A stretch of DNA of 64,000 nucleotides from Candidatus Doudnabacteria bacterium (GTDB taxonomy: Bacteria > Patescibacteriota > Doudnabacteria > UBA920). Under the pieces are notes generated by a model. That model was not told where the DNA came from and made no database searches. It saw only the letters and a list, made by a program, of their open reading frames with translations. Location of the stretch: NCBI GenBank assembly GCA_963837465.1, contig CAWINB010000001.1:437646-501645 (forward strand). Direction: 5' to 3'. Position numbers and translations under genes: made by a program. This document shows, one piece after another, positions 26,450-35,299 of the stretch; within the stretch, counting starts at the first letter, position 1; the number at the start of each line of letters is the position of its first letter.

Positions 26450-26684
26450 TTTGTTAGGGTTAAGGCTCTTGGCCTTATTCTAACATTTCGGAATTAATTT
26501 AGCAAGAGAGTATACACAGAGTTCAACTTGATTTAGGGGTTTCGGTAGATGACATAAAAGGGCCACCCAACATTTTCAAAAAAGAATAATCAAACTTTTA
26601 CTAAAAACTTATCCAACTGTTTTACCGCATACCCGTAACTTCCAGCGATTTGCACCCAATCCATAGTTCTATAATCGTCCCTAA

Positions 26685-26845
26685 GAAGATGTTTAAAAAG
26701 TGCTTTGTAGGCGAAATTACAGAATTTTGCGCGGATTGACGGAAACAAATTTTGACGTTTAGCCTAAAGCTAAGCGGAAAAATTTTTTCCGGCAAGGCGC
26801 CAAACATTCCGGAATTGCGGCCCAAATGACTTTTTAAACAGCTTC
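26685..26845 (-). mobile_element. MITE family 1, copy R2 (TAA/TAA duplication)
   Basis: Reverse complement of R1 with terminal GAAGATGTTTAAAAAG / CTTTTTAAACAGCTTC. Confidence 0.8.
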
Positions 26846-27036
26846 TAAGACCGCTCCACAAAAAACATCATCTTTCGTATGATGTTTTTTGTTTGCGCTT
26901 AAAGGCAATTATGACTCTGAGCTTAAAATTATATGGGAGAGCTGTAGTAGGGAATAAATATCGCCTGATTGACTAAAACCGCCAAAAACTATACAATACA
27001 TCCATAAATCCTACCCCGCAGCCGGGGTATATTTTT

Positions 27037-28500
27037 ATGAACGACAGTGTAATTTTGCGCTTCTCCGGCGTTAGTTATGAATATTCCCACAACAAGCCTA
27101 TTTTAACCGAGGCCGGTTTTAGCGTGCGTAACGGAAGCCGCATAACTTTAATGGGGCAAAACGGCGCGGGCAAAAGCACTTTGTTTAAAATGATAACCGG
27201 GGAAATTAAGCCGCCGGAAGGCAGTATTAGCTTTACACCCAAAGATGTTTCCATAGCAATCGCGCGGCAGGTAATGCCCAAGGAATTTTTGGATTTAAGC
27301 TTAAGGGATTATTTTGCCACGGCGTTTACTGAAACTAAATATAATCTGGATAAATTAATCCGCGAAGTTTTTGAAGTGGTTAACGTTAATCTGCCGCTGG
27401 ACAAAAAGATTAAAGAGTTTTCCGGCGGACAGCAGGCCAGGTTGCTTTTGGCTTACGCGCTCATCCAAAACCCCGACATTTTACTGCTTGACGAGCCAAC
27501 CAATAATTTGGACGCCCAGGGCATTGAACATCTTACCGGATTTTTAATGATGTACGAAAAAACCGTGCTGGTTATTTCCCACGACGCGGATTTTTTAAAC
27601 GCCTTTTCCGACGGCGTGCTTTATTTGGATGTCTTTACCCACAAAATTGAACAGTACAGCGGCAATTATTACGATGTAGTGGAAGAAATAAAAAACCGCA
27701 TTGAGCGGGAAAATTTGCAGAACGCGCGCATGCAGACGGAAATTAAGGAAAAGCGCCAGCAGTCCGAAGTCTTTGCCCACAAAGGCGGCAAACTGCGCGC
27801 CGTGGCCAAACGGATGCGCGAGGCAGCGGAAGAAGCGGAAGAAAGCATGGTGGAAGTGCGGCAGGAAGACAAAACTATCCGCGAATTTGAAATTCCGGTT
27901 CAGGAATTCGACCCGTTTTTTGACGGAAAAATTCTGGAATTCAGCTCCATCTCCGCCATTAAAAACGGCGAAGTAACCAGCAAAGACTTTGCTTTTACAT
28001 TACGCAAAAATACCCATGTTATAATTTCCGGCCCCAACGGCATTGGCAAATCCACTCTGCTGGAAAAGATATCGTCGGGAAAAGGAACCGGATTTACCAT
28101 CGGCAAAGACATCAGGCTGGGCTACTACAAACAGGATTTTTCCAATTTTAATTTCGAGCAAAAAGCCATTGACGCGCTAAAGGAAGTTATGGAAAAATTC
28201 GACGAGCATGCTTTGCGTTCTACCGCAGCGGGTTTCTTGCTGGACGGCAAATTACTGGATCAACCAATCGCCGCCCTGTCCGAAGGACAAAAAGGCCTGC
28301 TGTCCTTTTGTCGCCTTGTACTTATGAAACCGGGGCTACTGATTTTGGACGAACCCACCAACCACATCAACTTCCGCCATCTCCCCATAATCGCCCAAGC
28401 CTTAACCTCCTACAAAGGCGCAATGCTTATGGTTTCCCATATCCCCGATTTTGTTTCGCAGATTCGAACAGATGAAGCAATAGACTTAAGCTCTGTGTAA
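27037..28500 (+). CDS. ABC-F family ATPase (two ABC cassettes, no transmembrane domain)
   Basis: Two Walker A sites (GQNGAGKST; GPNGIGKST) and two signature motifs; charged interdomain linker. Confidence 0.8.
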   Translation: MNDSVILRFSGVSYEYSHNKPILTEAGFSVRNGSRITLMGQNGAGKSTLFKMITGEIKPPEGSISFTPKDVSIAIARQVMPKEFLDLSLRDYFATAFTETKYNLDKLIREVFEVVNVNLPLDKKIKEFSGGQQARLLLAYALIQNPDILLLDEPTNNLDAQGIEHLTGFLMMYEKTVLVISHDADFLNAFSDGVLYLDVFTHKIEQYSGNYYDVVEEIKNRIERENLQNARMQTEIKEKRQQSEVFAHKGGKLRAVAKRMREAAEEAEESMVEVRQEDKTIREFEIPVQEFDPFFDGKILEFSSISAIKNGEVTSKDFAFTLRKNTHVIISGPNGIGKSTLLEKISSGKGTGFTIGKDIRLGYYKQDFSNFNFEQKAIDALKEVMEKFDEHALRSTAAGFLLDGKLLDQPIAALSEGQKGLLSFCRLVLMKPGLLILDEPTNHINFRHLPIIAQALTSYKGAMLMVSHIPDFVSQIRTDEAIDLSSV

Positions 28501-28579
28501 ATAAACAAAACTGCCCCAAAAGGGGCAGTTTTTTCTAAGCCCTCACCAAATTTTTAAAAATCTACTGTATATAAGACAA

Positions 28580-29677
28580 CTATTTATCTTTTCTAATCCT
28601 CATCCGTACACGATTCCACCACATAATAACTTTTTGGAAATAAATATGGGACCCGGGAACGTAGCGCCAAAGAGCCCAACCTAAAATTACCAGGAAGGCC
28701 GTCCAGGCAATACCTTCCAAAAAACCATCTTCATGGTGATGGTAGCGGCTATTACCGTCATAGCGATAAGCAAAGCGCGTGGCTTTTAGCGGTGACATAA
28801 CAAGAGCATAAACACAAAGCCAGCCTAAAATGGCTATCCAAAGCGGGATGGCCGCGGGAATTACCAGAGTGTAAATTACTCCTTTGCTGACTAAAGTCAC
28901 AAGACCAATAACCCAAAATACCGAGACAAGGCCGATAAGCAAAGCCAAAAATGGGGAGAGTGTCAAGGGTGACCCTTGACACTGGGACCTGGTTTGCGCA
29001 CGGTATTCCTGTTTCATTTCGCGTTTTTCTTCCCGCGTGTGTTGTTTCCACTGTTGTTTCCATTGTTTTACCTGGCCGCTGCCTTTGAATTTTTGGTATT
29101 CGCTTCGGGCGCGGTTAATAAATTCCTGGGCCGTAAAAGGAGCGCCGAAGGCCGCGGCTTTTTCAGCCGAAGTGTTGGCGTGAGGAATAACCAGAAGCAT
29201 AATAAAATAAATCAACGCCCCGAAGCCGTGAGTCAACACCGTGAGCGCCACAAAAATTATTCTGACTAAAGTAACGTCCGCGTCAAAATAAGCGGCCAGT
29301 CCGGTACAAACGCCAAACAGCATAGCGCCTTCACGGACCCGGTAAAGTCGTTTTGCGCCCGAATCCTGCGGGCGTTGGCCGGCGGAAGCATTTTCATCAC
29401 CAGCAGTCCCCTCTTGTTTTTCGTCAGCCTGCACGGGACCCATTTCCTTGATAACCTCCTCGGCCCGCGCCTGGCTGACTACCGTTTTGCGCGGTCCCAC
29501 AAACCTGTCCAACTTTTCCCCCAAAGCTTGCTCCAAATCTGCCATAACCTCGGACTTGTCCGGATCATTTTGTAATTTTTTTTCGGCCGAACTTAAATAA
29601 TCCCGCAACGCGTTAAAGCCCCCTTCTTCCACCTGGAAAGCACGACCGTTTAAATTTACTGTTATAACTTTGTTCAT
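28580..29677 (-). CDS. PspC-domain membrane protein
   Basis: LYRVREGAMLFGVCTGLAAYFDADVTLVRIIFV PspC motif; contains the 23-nt palindrome at 28960-28982. Confidence 0.7.
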   Translation of the reverse strand: MNKVITVNLNGRAFQVEEGGFNALRDYLSSAEKKLQNDPDKSEVMADLEQALGEKLDRFVGPRKTVVSQARAEEVIKEMGPVQADEKQEGTAGDENASAGQRPQDSGAKRLYRVREGAMLFGVCTGLAAYFDADVTLVRIIFVALTVLTHGFGALIYFIMLLVIPHANTSAEKAAAFGAPFTAQEFINRARSEYQKFKGSGQVKQWKQQWKQHTREEKREMKQEYRAQTRSQCQGSPLTLSPFLALLIGLVSVFWVIGLVTLVSKGVIYTLVIPAAIPLWIAILGWLCVYALVMSPLKATRFAYRYDGNSRYHHHEDGFLEGIAWTAFLVILGWALWRYVPGSHIYFQKVIMWWNRVRMRIRKDK

Positions 29678-29746
29678 AGTGGTTGGCGTAAATTAGCGGT
29701 TGGCGTTTGGTGAGTAGCGTTTAGCCGGACACTTAACGACTAAATA

Positions 29747-30094
29747 CTATACGCCATTCCCCAATTCTTTAATTGTCTGATTAATTTTTTCCCAATAATC
29801 CTGCAGAATTTTAAGCTGCAGCCGCCCCTTATCCGTCAGCCGATAATATTTCCGCGGCGGCCCGGCTTCGCTTTCCACCCATTCATAGTCCACCAAACCT
29901 TTACGTCGCATCCTGCTAAGCAACGGATAAAGCGTGCCCTCCTGGGTCGCGAATTCGGTTTGCGAAAGTTTGCCCAAAATATCCGCGGCATAAACTTTCT
30001 TTACGGAAATAATCTTAAGCACCGTTAACTCAAGCAGGCCCTTGCGGATAGGGCTAAACTTGTCGTTTATATCCGGATTACTGACATTTGCCAT
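29747..30094 (-). CDS. PadR-family transcriptional regulator
   Basis: Winged-helix …YPLLSRMRRKGLV…. Confidence 0.7.
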   Translation of the reverse strand: MANVSNPDINDKFSPIRKGLLELTVLKIISVKKVYAADILGKLSQTEFATQEGTLYPLLSRMRRKGLVDYEWVESEAGPPRKYYRLTDKGRLQLKILQDYWEKINQTIKELGNGV

Positions 30095-30484
30095 AAGATA
30101 TAAAAAGAATTATTTTAAAAGCTACCTTTTTATACAAAGGTAGCATATAATAACAATAACGTCAACTCAATTTAAATAGTCGCTAATTTGAGGCTTTTTT
30201 TATGGATAAAAAGGCGCCCTTCCCTTTTTAGAGGAGGGCACCTTTTTATCCAATGGTTGGCTTATGGTTGGCTTAGCTCAACTTTATTAATTAATTGGTT
30301 GGTTAACGGTTGGTGAGTTAAAAAATAAACTCATCAAATCATCAAAATAACTCATCTCATCTCACATCTCAATTCAATCAAATAAACTTCAGATCAAAGA
30401 TCAAATCAAAATAAAAATTAATTTCAAATCTACTCTAGTCTAGCAAATAAACCTGAAAAAATTATTAAAAAATATAACTTTATC

Positions 30485-30772
30485 TCAGGGCCGGGAATCC
30501 AAACGGTTCAGCATCCCGGACATTACTTTTATTTCACGGTTGATGTTATTAATGGCTTTCAATACAGCCGGACTTATGGTTTTACTACCAATCCCAAAAT
30601 ACATCAAATCCAAATTACCTTTAATTACAGTTAAAGGTGTTCTCAATTTGTGCGCCAAATCATCCAAATCAGCCGGCCGTGGACTTGGGCTTAACGGACT
30701 TTTAATCCGGCCAAAGCTCTTTACTTTATTTTTGACGCTCCCGGAACGTTTTTTAATGCTTGAAGAATACAT
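30485..30772 (-). pseudogene. Truncated histidine kinase (HisKA H-box only; no sensor and no HATPase domain)
   Basis: LAHKLRTPLTVIKGNLDLM H-box; 95 aa; the downstream sequence is low-complexity non-coding. Confidence 0.5.
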
Positions 30773-30799
30773 AAATTTTAAGCCGCGGCAAAATTACTT

Positions 30800-31501
30800 T
30801 TAAGGCAGGCTCTGAACCTTTTGCGGCACAGGTTCAATTTTTCTTATTTTGTAACCGGTGCCGTGCACGGTAACTATCAGCGGATCCGGCGAACTGCCGT
30901 CTATTTTGGAGCGCAGGCGGCTTAAATAAACATCTATAATATTGCTTTTAACGTAATTAAAACCCCAAACGTGCTCGTTAATCATGGTGCGGCTGCAGAC
31001 CAAACCGGGATTGCGCAACAAGTATTCCAAAATCCGGTACTCCTTGCTGGTTAATGCTATGGCAGCCCCGTTGCGAGTAACTTCGTGGCTGCCGGGATCC
31101 AAAACCAAATCACCGGTGGTGAGCAGGGTGGGGGTTAATTGATTGGTGCGGCGGGTTAAAGCGCGGATGCGCGCGACCAGCTCATTTAATTCAAAGGGCT
31201 TAATCATATAGTCGTCCGCGCCCAGGTTCAGCCCCGAAACTTTATCCTGGGACATATCCCTGGCTGTTAACATCAGCACGGGAACTTTCAAGCCCAGTTT
31301 GCGGATTTGCCGGCAAACCTCAAACCCGTCTTTGCCCGGCAACATAACATCCAAAATAATTAAGTCGTAATCGTAAATCTCGGCGCGCTTAATCCCCTCC
31401 TCGCCGCTGCCCGCAACCTCCACCGTAAACTGCTCATGTTCCAGGGCTTTTTTTATAAAAGTCGCGATTTTTGGCTCATCTTCCACCAATAAAATAACCA
31501 T
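30800..31501 (-). CDS. OmpR-family response regulator
   Basis: Receiver domain (LVEDEP…DVMLPGKDG) plus winged-helix C-terminus. Confidence 0.85.
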   Translation of the reverse strand: MVILLVEDEPKIATFIKKALEHEQFTVEVAGSGEEGIKRAEIYDYDLIILDVMLPGKDGFEVCRQIRKLGLKVPVLMLTARDMSQDKVSGLNLGADDYMIKPFELNELVARIRALTRRTNQLTPTLLTTGDLVLDPGSHEVTRNGAAIALTSKEYRILEYLLRNPGLVCSRTMINEHVWGFNYVKSNIIDVYLSRLRSKIDGSSPDPLIVTVHGTGYKIRKIEPVPQKVQSLP

Positions 31502-31685
31502 AATTTTGATTTTAATGATAAAAATGATATCAGGCTATTTTTCACCCTTAATTATATTATATATTAAAAAACATTAAAAATTCATTAAATTTTATCCGTA
31601 AAAATCCATAAAAAAGCTGACAAAATAAAAAGATTTAATTATAATTTATGTACGCCAGTTAGACAAATCCAATCGGGAGTCAAAA

Positions 31686-32513
31686 ATGATTTTCGGAGGA
31701 ACGAAGATACGTTTAGAGGCGACCCCTTCAACTCAATTACGGAGAGATCCGCAAGGGTGGAACCGAAGGCTAAGTCGAAAATTTGCTTTGGCACCAACTG
31801 ATCTCGTAAAACGAGGCAAAGTAAACGAAAAAAATTACGAGACGGAGTGTCGACGCGTCGGCGAGCTTGGAAGCAGAGCCATTATCAATCAGCTTGGCGG
31901 CCGACTGGTAATGGTCTTAGGGATAGGATTATGCCGCGACTGGGGCTTCGTCGAGGAGGCCAACAGACAAGAAGTCAGCGTAGCGGCATGCGACTGGAGC
32001 AAAGTCGCGCAAAAAAATGGAGAAGAATTTTTTGAAAAGCTTCCAAGGGGTTCAAGGGTTTGGAACCGGGTGCGCAGGGTAGATGTGGAAGTATTGCTTG
32101 AAAACCTGTTTACGCCGGTGCCGCATAAAAAGAAGACCTATGCCCAAAGGGACTTGGAAGAAGCCGACTTAGTATACGGCGGTCAGTTCATCCAAGTTCT
32201 TGACAATGTCGGCAAAGGCATCGTCATGAGAGGGCTAGGAAAATGGCTCGTTTCCCGGCCCGGCCGGAAGGTGGTCTTAGTTCACCCTTTCCCGGAAGAC
32301 AATAAAGATAGGGAGTGGGGATATACGACCCCCTATTCCCTGGAGGAATTGATAAGGCCCGCAAACGCGGGCGCAGGTAGGGAACTTAACATTCTCAACC
32401 TGGACAACAAAGGGGGGTTTCTATCATCACGTTTATACCGGTCTCACTATGGCGTGATGTGGCCAAGTAACCAAAGGGGACCCTCCTCCCCTATTTTTCT
32501 TAAGATTATATAA
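31686..32513 (+). CDS. Hypothetical protein with atypical codon usage (AGA/AGG/CGA-rich)
   Basis: 275-aa ORF, GGGAG RBS, no recognisable domain. Confidence 0.4.
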   Translation: MIFGGTKIRLEATPSTQLRRDPQGWNRRLSRKFALAPTDLVKRGKVNEKNYETECRRVGELGSRAIINQLGGRLVMVLGIGLCRDWGFVEEANRQEVSVAACDWSKVAQKNGEEFFEKLPRGSRVWNRVRRVDVEVLLENLFTPVPHKKKTYAQRDLEEADLVYGGQFIQVLDNVGKGIVMRGLGKWLVSRPGRKVVLVHPFPEDNKDREWGYTTPYSLEELIRPANAGAGRELNILNLDNKGGFLSSRLYRSHYGVMWPSNQRGPSSPIFLKII

Positions 32514-32544
32514 TATATTCCAAATCTCAAAGCTGCATCTATTT

Positions 32545-34116
32545 ATGATACACAAAAAAATAGCTTTACTTAACCAAACCACTTTGGAATCGCTGAAACT
32601 GAACGACAGGGATATTATTTTAAAAAAGTTTATGCAAACCGGCATAAAAATTTTAAGAGCCGATTTTGGCTGGGCGTGGTGGAAAATTGACAAAAAATAT
32701 TCATTGGCTTATAAAAGCTCAAAAACCCCTTACAATCCTAACTATCCGCGCAGGCGAGGGGGAAATTACGTGGCCCAAAAAACAAAAAAACCTCTTTTTG
32801 TCGGTGACGTTAATAAGAAACCTGTGGTAATAAAACACCAAGTAGGGCCTTACATGAAGGCTTACGTAATAATTCCGATTTTTTCAAAAAAAAATAGCTA
32901 TGGCAACATGGTTTTTTGCTTTAAAAAAGCACATTTGTTCTCTCCTGAGGAGCAAGCCTTGTGCGCCGCTTTAAGCAGTGCAGCCGCCCAGGCAATCACT
33001 ATTCACCGCCTAGTAACCAGCGAACGCAAAGCTCGTACAGAAGCCGAACAGCATTCCAGCAGATTCAGGGCGCTGATTGAGAACAGCCACGATACTATTA
33101 TTTTAATCAGCGGTAAAGGAAAAATTTTATATGTCAGCCCTTCGGTAAAAAGAAATTCCGGCTACGGGCCTGAAGAATTAGTCGGCCATGACCAGACTGA
33201 TTTTATTTATCCCGGTGATATTGCCAAGGTAGCAACGGAGATGGGCAAAATTTTACAAAACCCCCAGGCTACAACGACTATCGAGTTCCGCTACCGGCAT
33301 AAAAACGGCGCGTGGCGCTGGCTGGAATCCACGGCTATGAATATGCTCCACAACCAGCATGTACGCTGTATTGTCATAAACGCGCGCGATGTTACCGAGC
33401 GGCGGCGGCTGGACGAAGACGCAAAAAACCTGATGAAGCAGAAAGACGAATTTTTCAGCGTGGCCAGCCACGAACTTAAAACTCCGGTTACCACCATAAA
33501 AGGCTTTAGCCAGCTGCTGTCACAAAGACTGGAAAAAAAGGACAAAAAATCCAGGCAATTTTTAGCGACCATCAATTCGCACGCCGACAAGCTCAACCAT
33601 TTAATCAACGATTTCCTGGATGTTTCGCGTATCAGCACCGGAAAGCTAAAATTCCGCTACGGAACTTTTAACCTGACGGTTCTGGCCAAAAAAACAATCG
33701 CCGACCTGAAGGTTATAATTCATTCCCACAATATAACTTTTAAAAACAGCGAAGATTTTTGGATCGCGGGAGACCAGGAACGCGTCGGCGAGGTGATTAC
33801 CAACCTGCTTACCAACGCCGCCAAGTACTCCCCCGCCGGATCCAAAATTATTTTAAGCATCACCGGGGAAAAACAGCGGGTTAAAGTCTCGGTGGAAGAT
33901 TTCGGCATCGGCATTCCCAAAAAATTACGCCACAAAATTTTCACCCGTTTCTTCCAGGCTAAAACCCATTCCGCCCAGGCTTTTCCGGGGTTGGGCCTGG
34001 GTTTGTATATCTCTTCGGTTATAATTAAGGAACATAAAGGAAGTCTGGACTTCGTAAGTAAAAATAAGGGCAGCATTTTTTATTTTATCCTTCCTGTAAA
34101 AAATTCCCGTGAATAA
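32545..34116 (+). CDS. Cytoplasmic sensor histidine kinase (GAF-like, PAS, HisKA, HATPase)
   Basis: SHELKTPVTTIKG H-box, N/G boxes (NLLTNAAKYS, DFGIGI, GLGLGL). Confidence 0.8.
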   Translation: MIHKKIALLNQTTLESLKLNDRDIILKKFMQTGIKILRADFGWAWWKIDKKYSLAYKSSKTPYNPNYPRRRGGNYVAQKTKKPLFVGDVNKKPVVIKHQVGPYMKAYVIIPIFSKKNSYGNMVFCFKKAHLFSPEEQALCAALSSAAAQAITIHRLVTSERKARTEAEQHSSRFRALIENSHDTIILISGKGKILYVSPSVKRNSGYGPEELVGHDQTDFIYPGDIAKVATEMGKILQNPQATTTIEFRYRHKNGAWRWLESTAMNMLHNQHVRCIVINARDVTERRRLDEDAKNLMKQKDEFFSVASHELKTPVTTIKGFSQLLSQRLEKKDKKSRQFLATINSHADKLNHLINDFLDVSRISTGKLKFRYGTFNLTVLAKKTIADLKVIIHSHNITFKNSEDFWIAGDQERVGEVITNLLTNAAKYSPAGSKIILSITGEKQRVKVSVEDFGIGIPKKLRHKIFTRFFQAKTHSAQAFPGLGLGLYISSVIIKEHKGSLDFVSKNKGSIFYFILPVKNSRE

Positions 34117-34495
34117 GAACCCGGCTAAAAAAATCCTGGTGGCGGAGGACGACCCGGGCATAACCGAGCTTATGAAAATAGCCTTAACCGGCCGGGGCTA
34201 TAAAATTTTAACGTGCGCCGACGGCTACAGGGTTCCGGGCGCGGTGGCCAAATTCGGGCCCGACCTGATTATTATGGATTTATGGCTGCCCGGAATTGAC
34301 GGGCAAAAACTGACAAAAAGGCTGAAAACCCAACCCGAAACCAAGGACATACCGATTGTCATAGTTTCGGCGCAAAGAAGACTTTCGGAAGTTGTAAAAA
34401 AATTTAAAGCGGACGGACATGTTTCCAAACCTTTTGATGTTAATAACTTGCTGAATTACGTTGAAAAATTTCTTTACCCGGATAGACAATTTTAA
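34109..34495 (+). CDS. Single-domain (CheY-like) response regulator
   Basis: ILVAEDDP…IIMDLWLPGIDG…SKPF. Confidence 0.8.
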   Translation: MNKNPAKKILVAEDDPGITELMKIALTGRGYKILTCADGYRVPGAVAKFGPDLIIMDLWLPGIDGQKLTKRLKTQPETKDIPIVIVSAQRRLSEVVKKFKADGHVSKPFDVNNLLNYVEKFLYPDRQF

Positions 34496-34506
34496 ACAGG
34501 CTCTTA

Positions 34507-34668
34507 GAAGATGTTTAAAAAGTGCTTTGTAGGCGAAATTACAGAATTTTGCGCGGATTGACGGAAACAAATTTTGACGTTTAGCCTAAAGCTAAGCGGA
34601 TAAATTTTTTCCGGCAAGGCGCCAAACATTCTGGAATCGCGGCCCAAATGACTTTTTAAACAGCTTCT
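34507..34668 (-). mobile_element. MITE family 1, copy R3 (TTA/TTA duplication)
   Basis: Same TIRs; interior about 95% identical to R2. Confidence 0.8.
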
Positions 34669-34671
34669 TAG

Positions 34672-34741
34672 AGGCTGTCGGAAAGTGGCTTTCGCCGGAA
34701 AATTCTGAAATCGCGGCAGAAATGGATCTTTTCAGACAGCC
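34672..34741. mobile_element. MITE family 2 (70 bp; TIR GAGGCTGTCGGAAAG / CTTTTCAGACAGCCTC) inserted immediately beside R3 and sharing its TTA
   Basis: A homologous copy lies at 51077-51147. Confidence 0.6.
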
Positions 34742-34751
34742 TCTTAACGCT

Positions 34752-35234
34752 CTATGGTTCCACGTTTAAGCTTACCCTGTTGGTACCGTCGCAATAAACA
34801 GGGCCCTGTCCCAATAAATCGGCTGTGACAATAGCGTAACCGTAACCGCCTATTGTAAGCGTTTGGTTCTCAAACTTAAAAGTATGCGGCGCCGGGTCGC
34901 GGTTATCCAGCATAAATTTGTCGCCTTTGCGTATGGCCAGACTGCCGATGGCGCCGGGGAAACTTACCGTAGCCTCGCACTGGTCAAATTGGATGCGGTA
35001 GGGATATTCAGCCAGAGCCTCGGTGTAAGCCGAGTTGCCGGATGCCGCGGCTGGCGGAACAGCAACCGCGGTGGAAGAAGCGGTGCTTGTGGCCGACGAC
35101 TGGCTTACCGAAGTTTGGACGGAGCCGGAATTTATGGCTACGGGAGCATTTTTGTCGCTTTCATGGTAAATTATCGCCCCCACTACGACTATAACCACGA
35201 TCGCGCCCGCAAGATAATAATAAGGCTTTTTCAT
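34752..35234 (-). CDS. Membrane-anchored protein with a conserved C-terminal QFDQC…LDNRDPA…GYGY…CDG domain; paralogue of 37830..38291
   Basis: N-terminal TM helix, Ser/Ala linker, conserved C-terminal domain shared with the paralogue. Confidence 0.5.
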   Translation of the reverse strand: MKKPYYYLAGAIVVIVVVGAIIYHESDKNAPVAINSGSVQTSVSQSSATSTASSTAVAVPPAAASGNSAYTEALAEYPYRIQFDQCEATVSFPGAIGSLAIRKGDKFMLDNRDPAPHTFKFENQTLTIGGYGYAIVTADLLGQGPVYCDGTNRVSLNVEP

Positions 35235-35299
35235 AAAGTTGTTTCCTTTCAGCAGAATTTTAACATACAAAAAATTAAAGAAACATTAACTTTATGGAT

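Larger units (their letters stand above)
25386..26514 (-). mobile_element. IS630/Tc1-mariner-family insertion sequence (about 1.13 kb) with 25-bp perfect TIRs TATACTCTCTTGCTAAATTAATTCC and TA target
   Basis: Perfect inverted copies at 25386-25410 and 26490-26514; the transposase is encoded by two ORFs. Confidence 0.8.
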
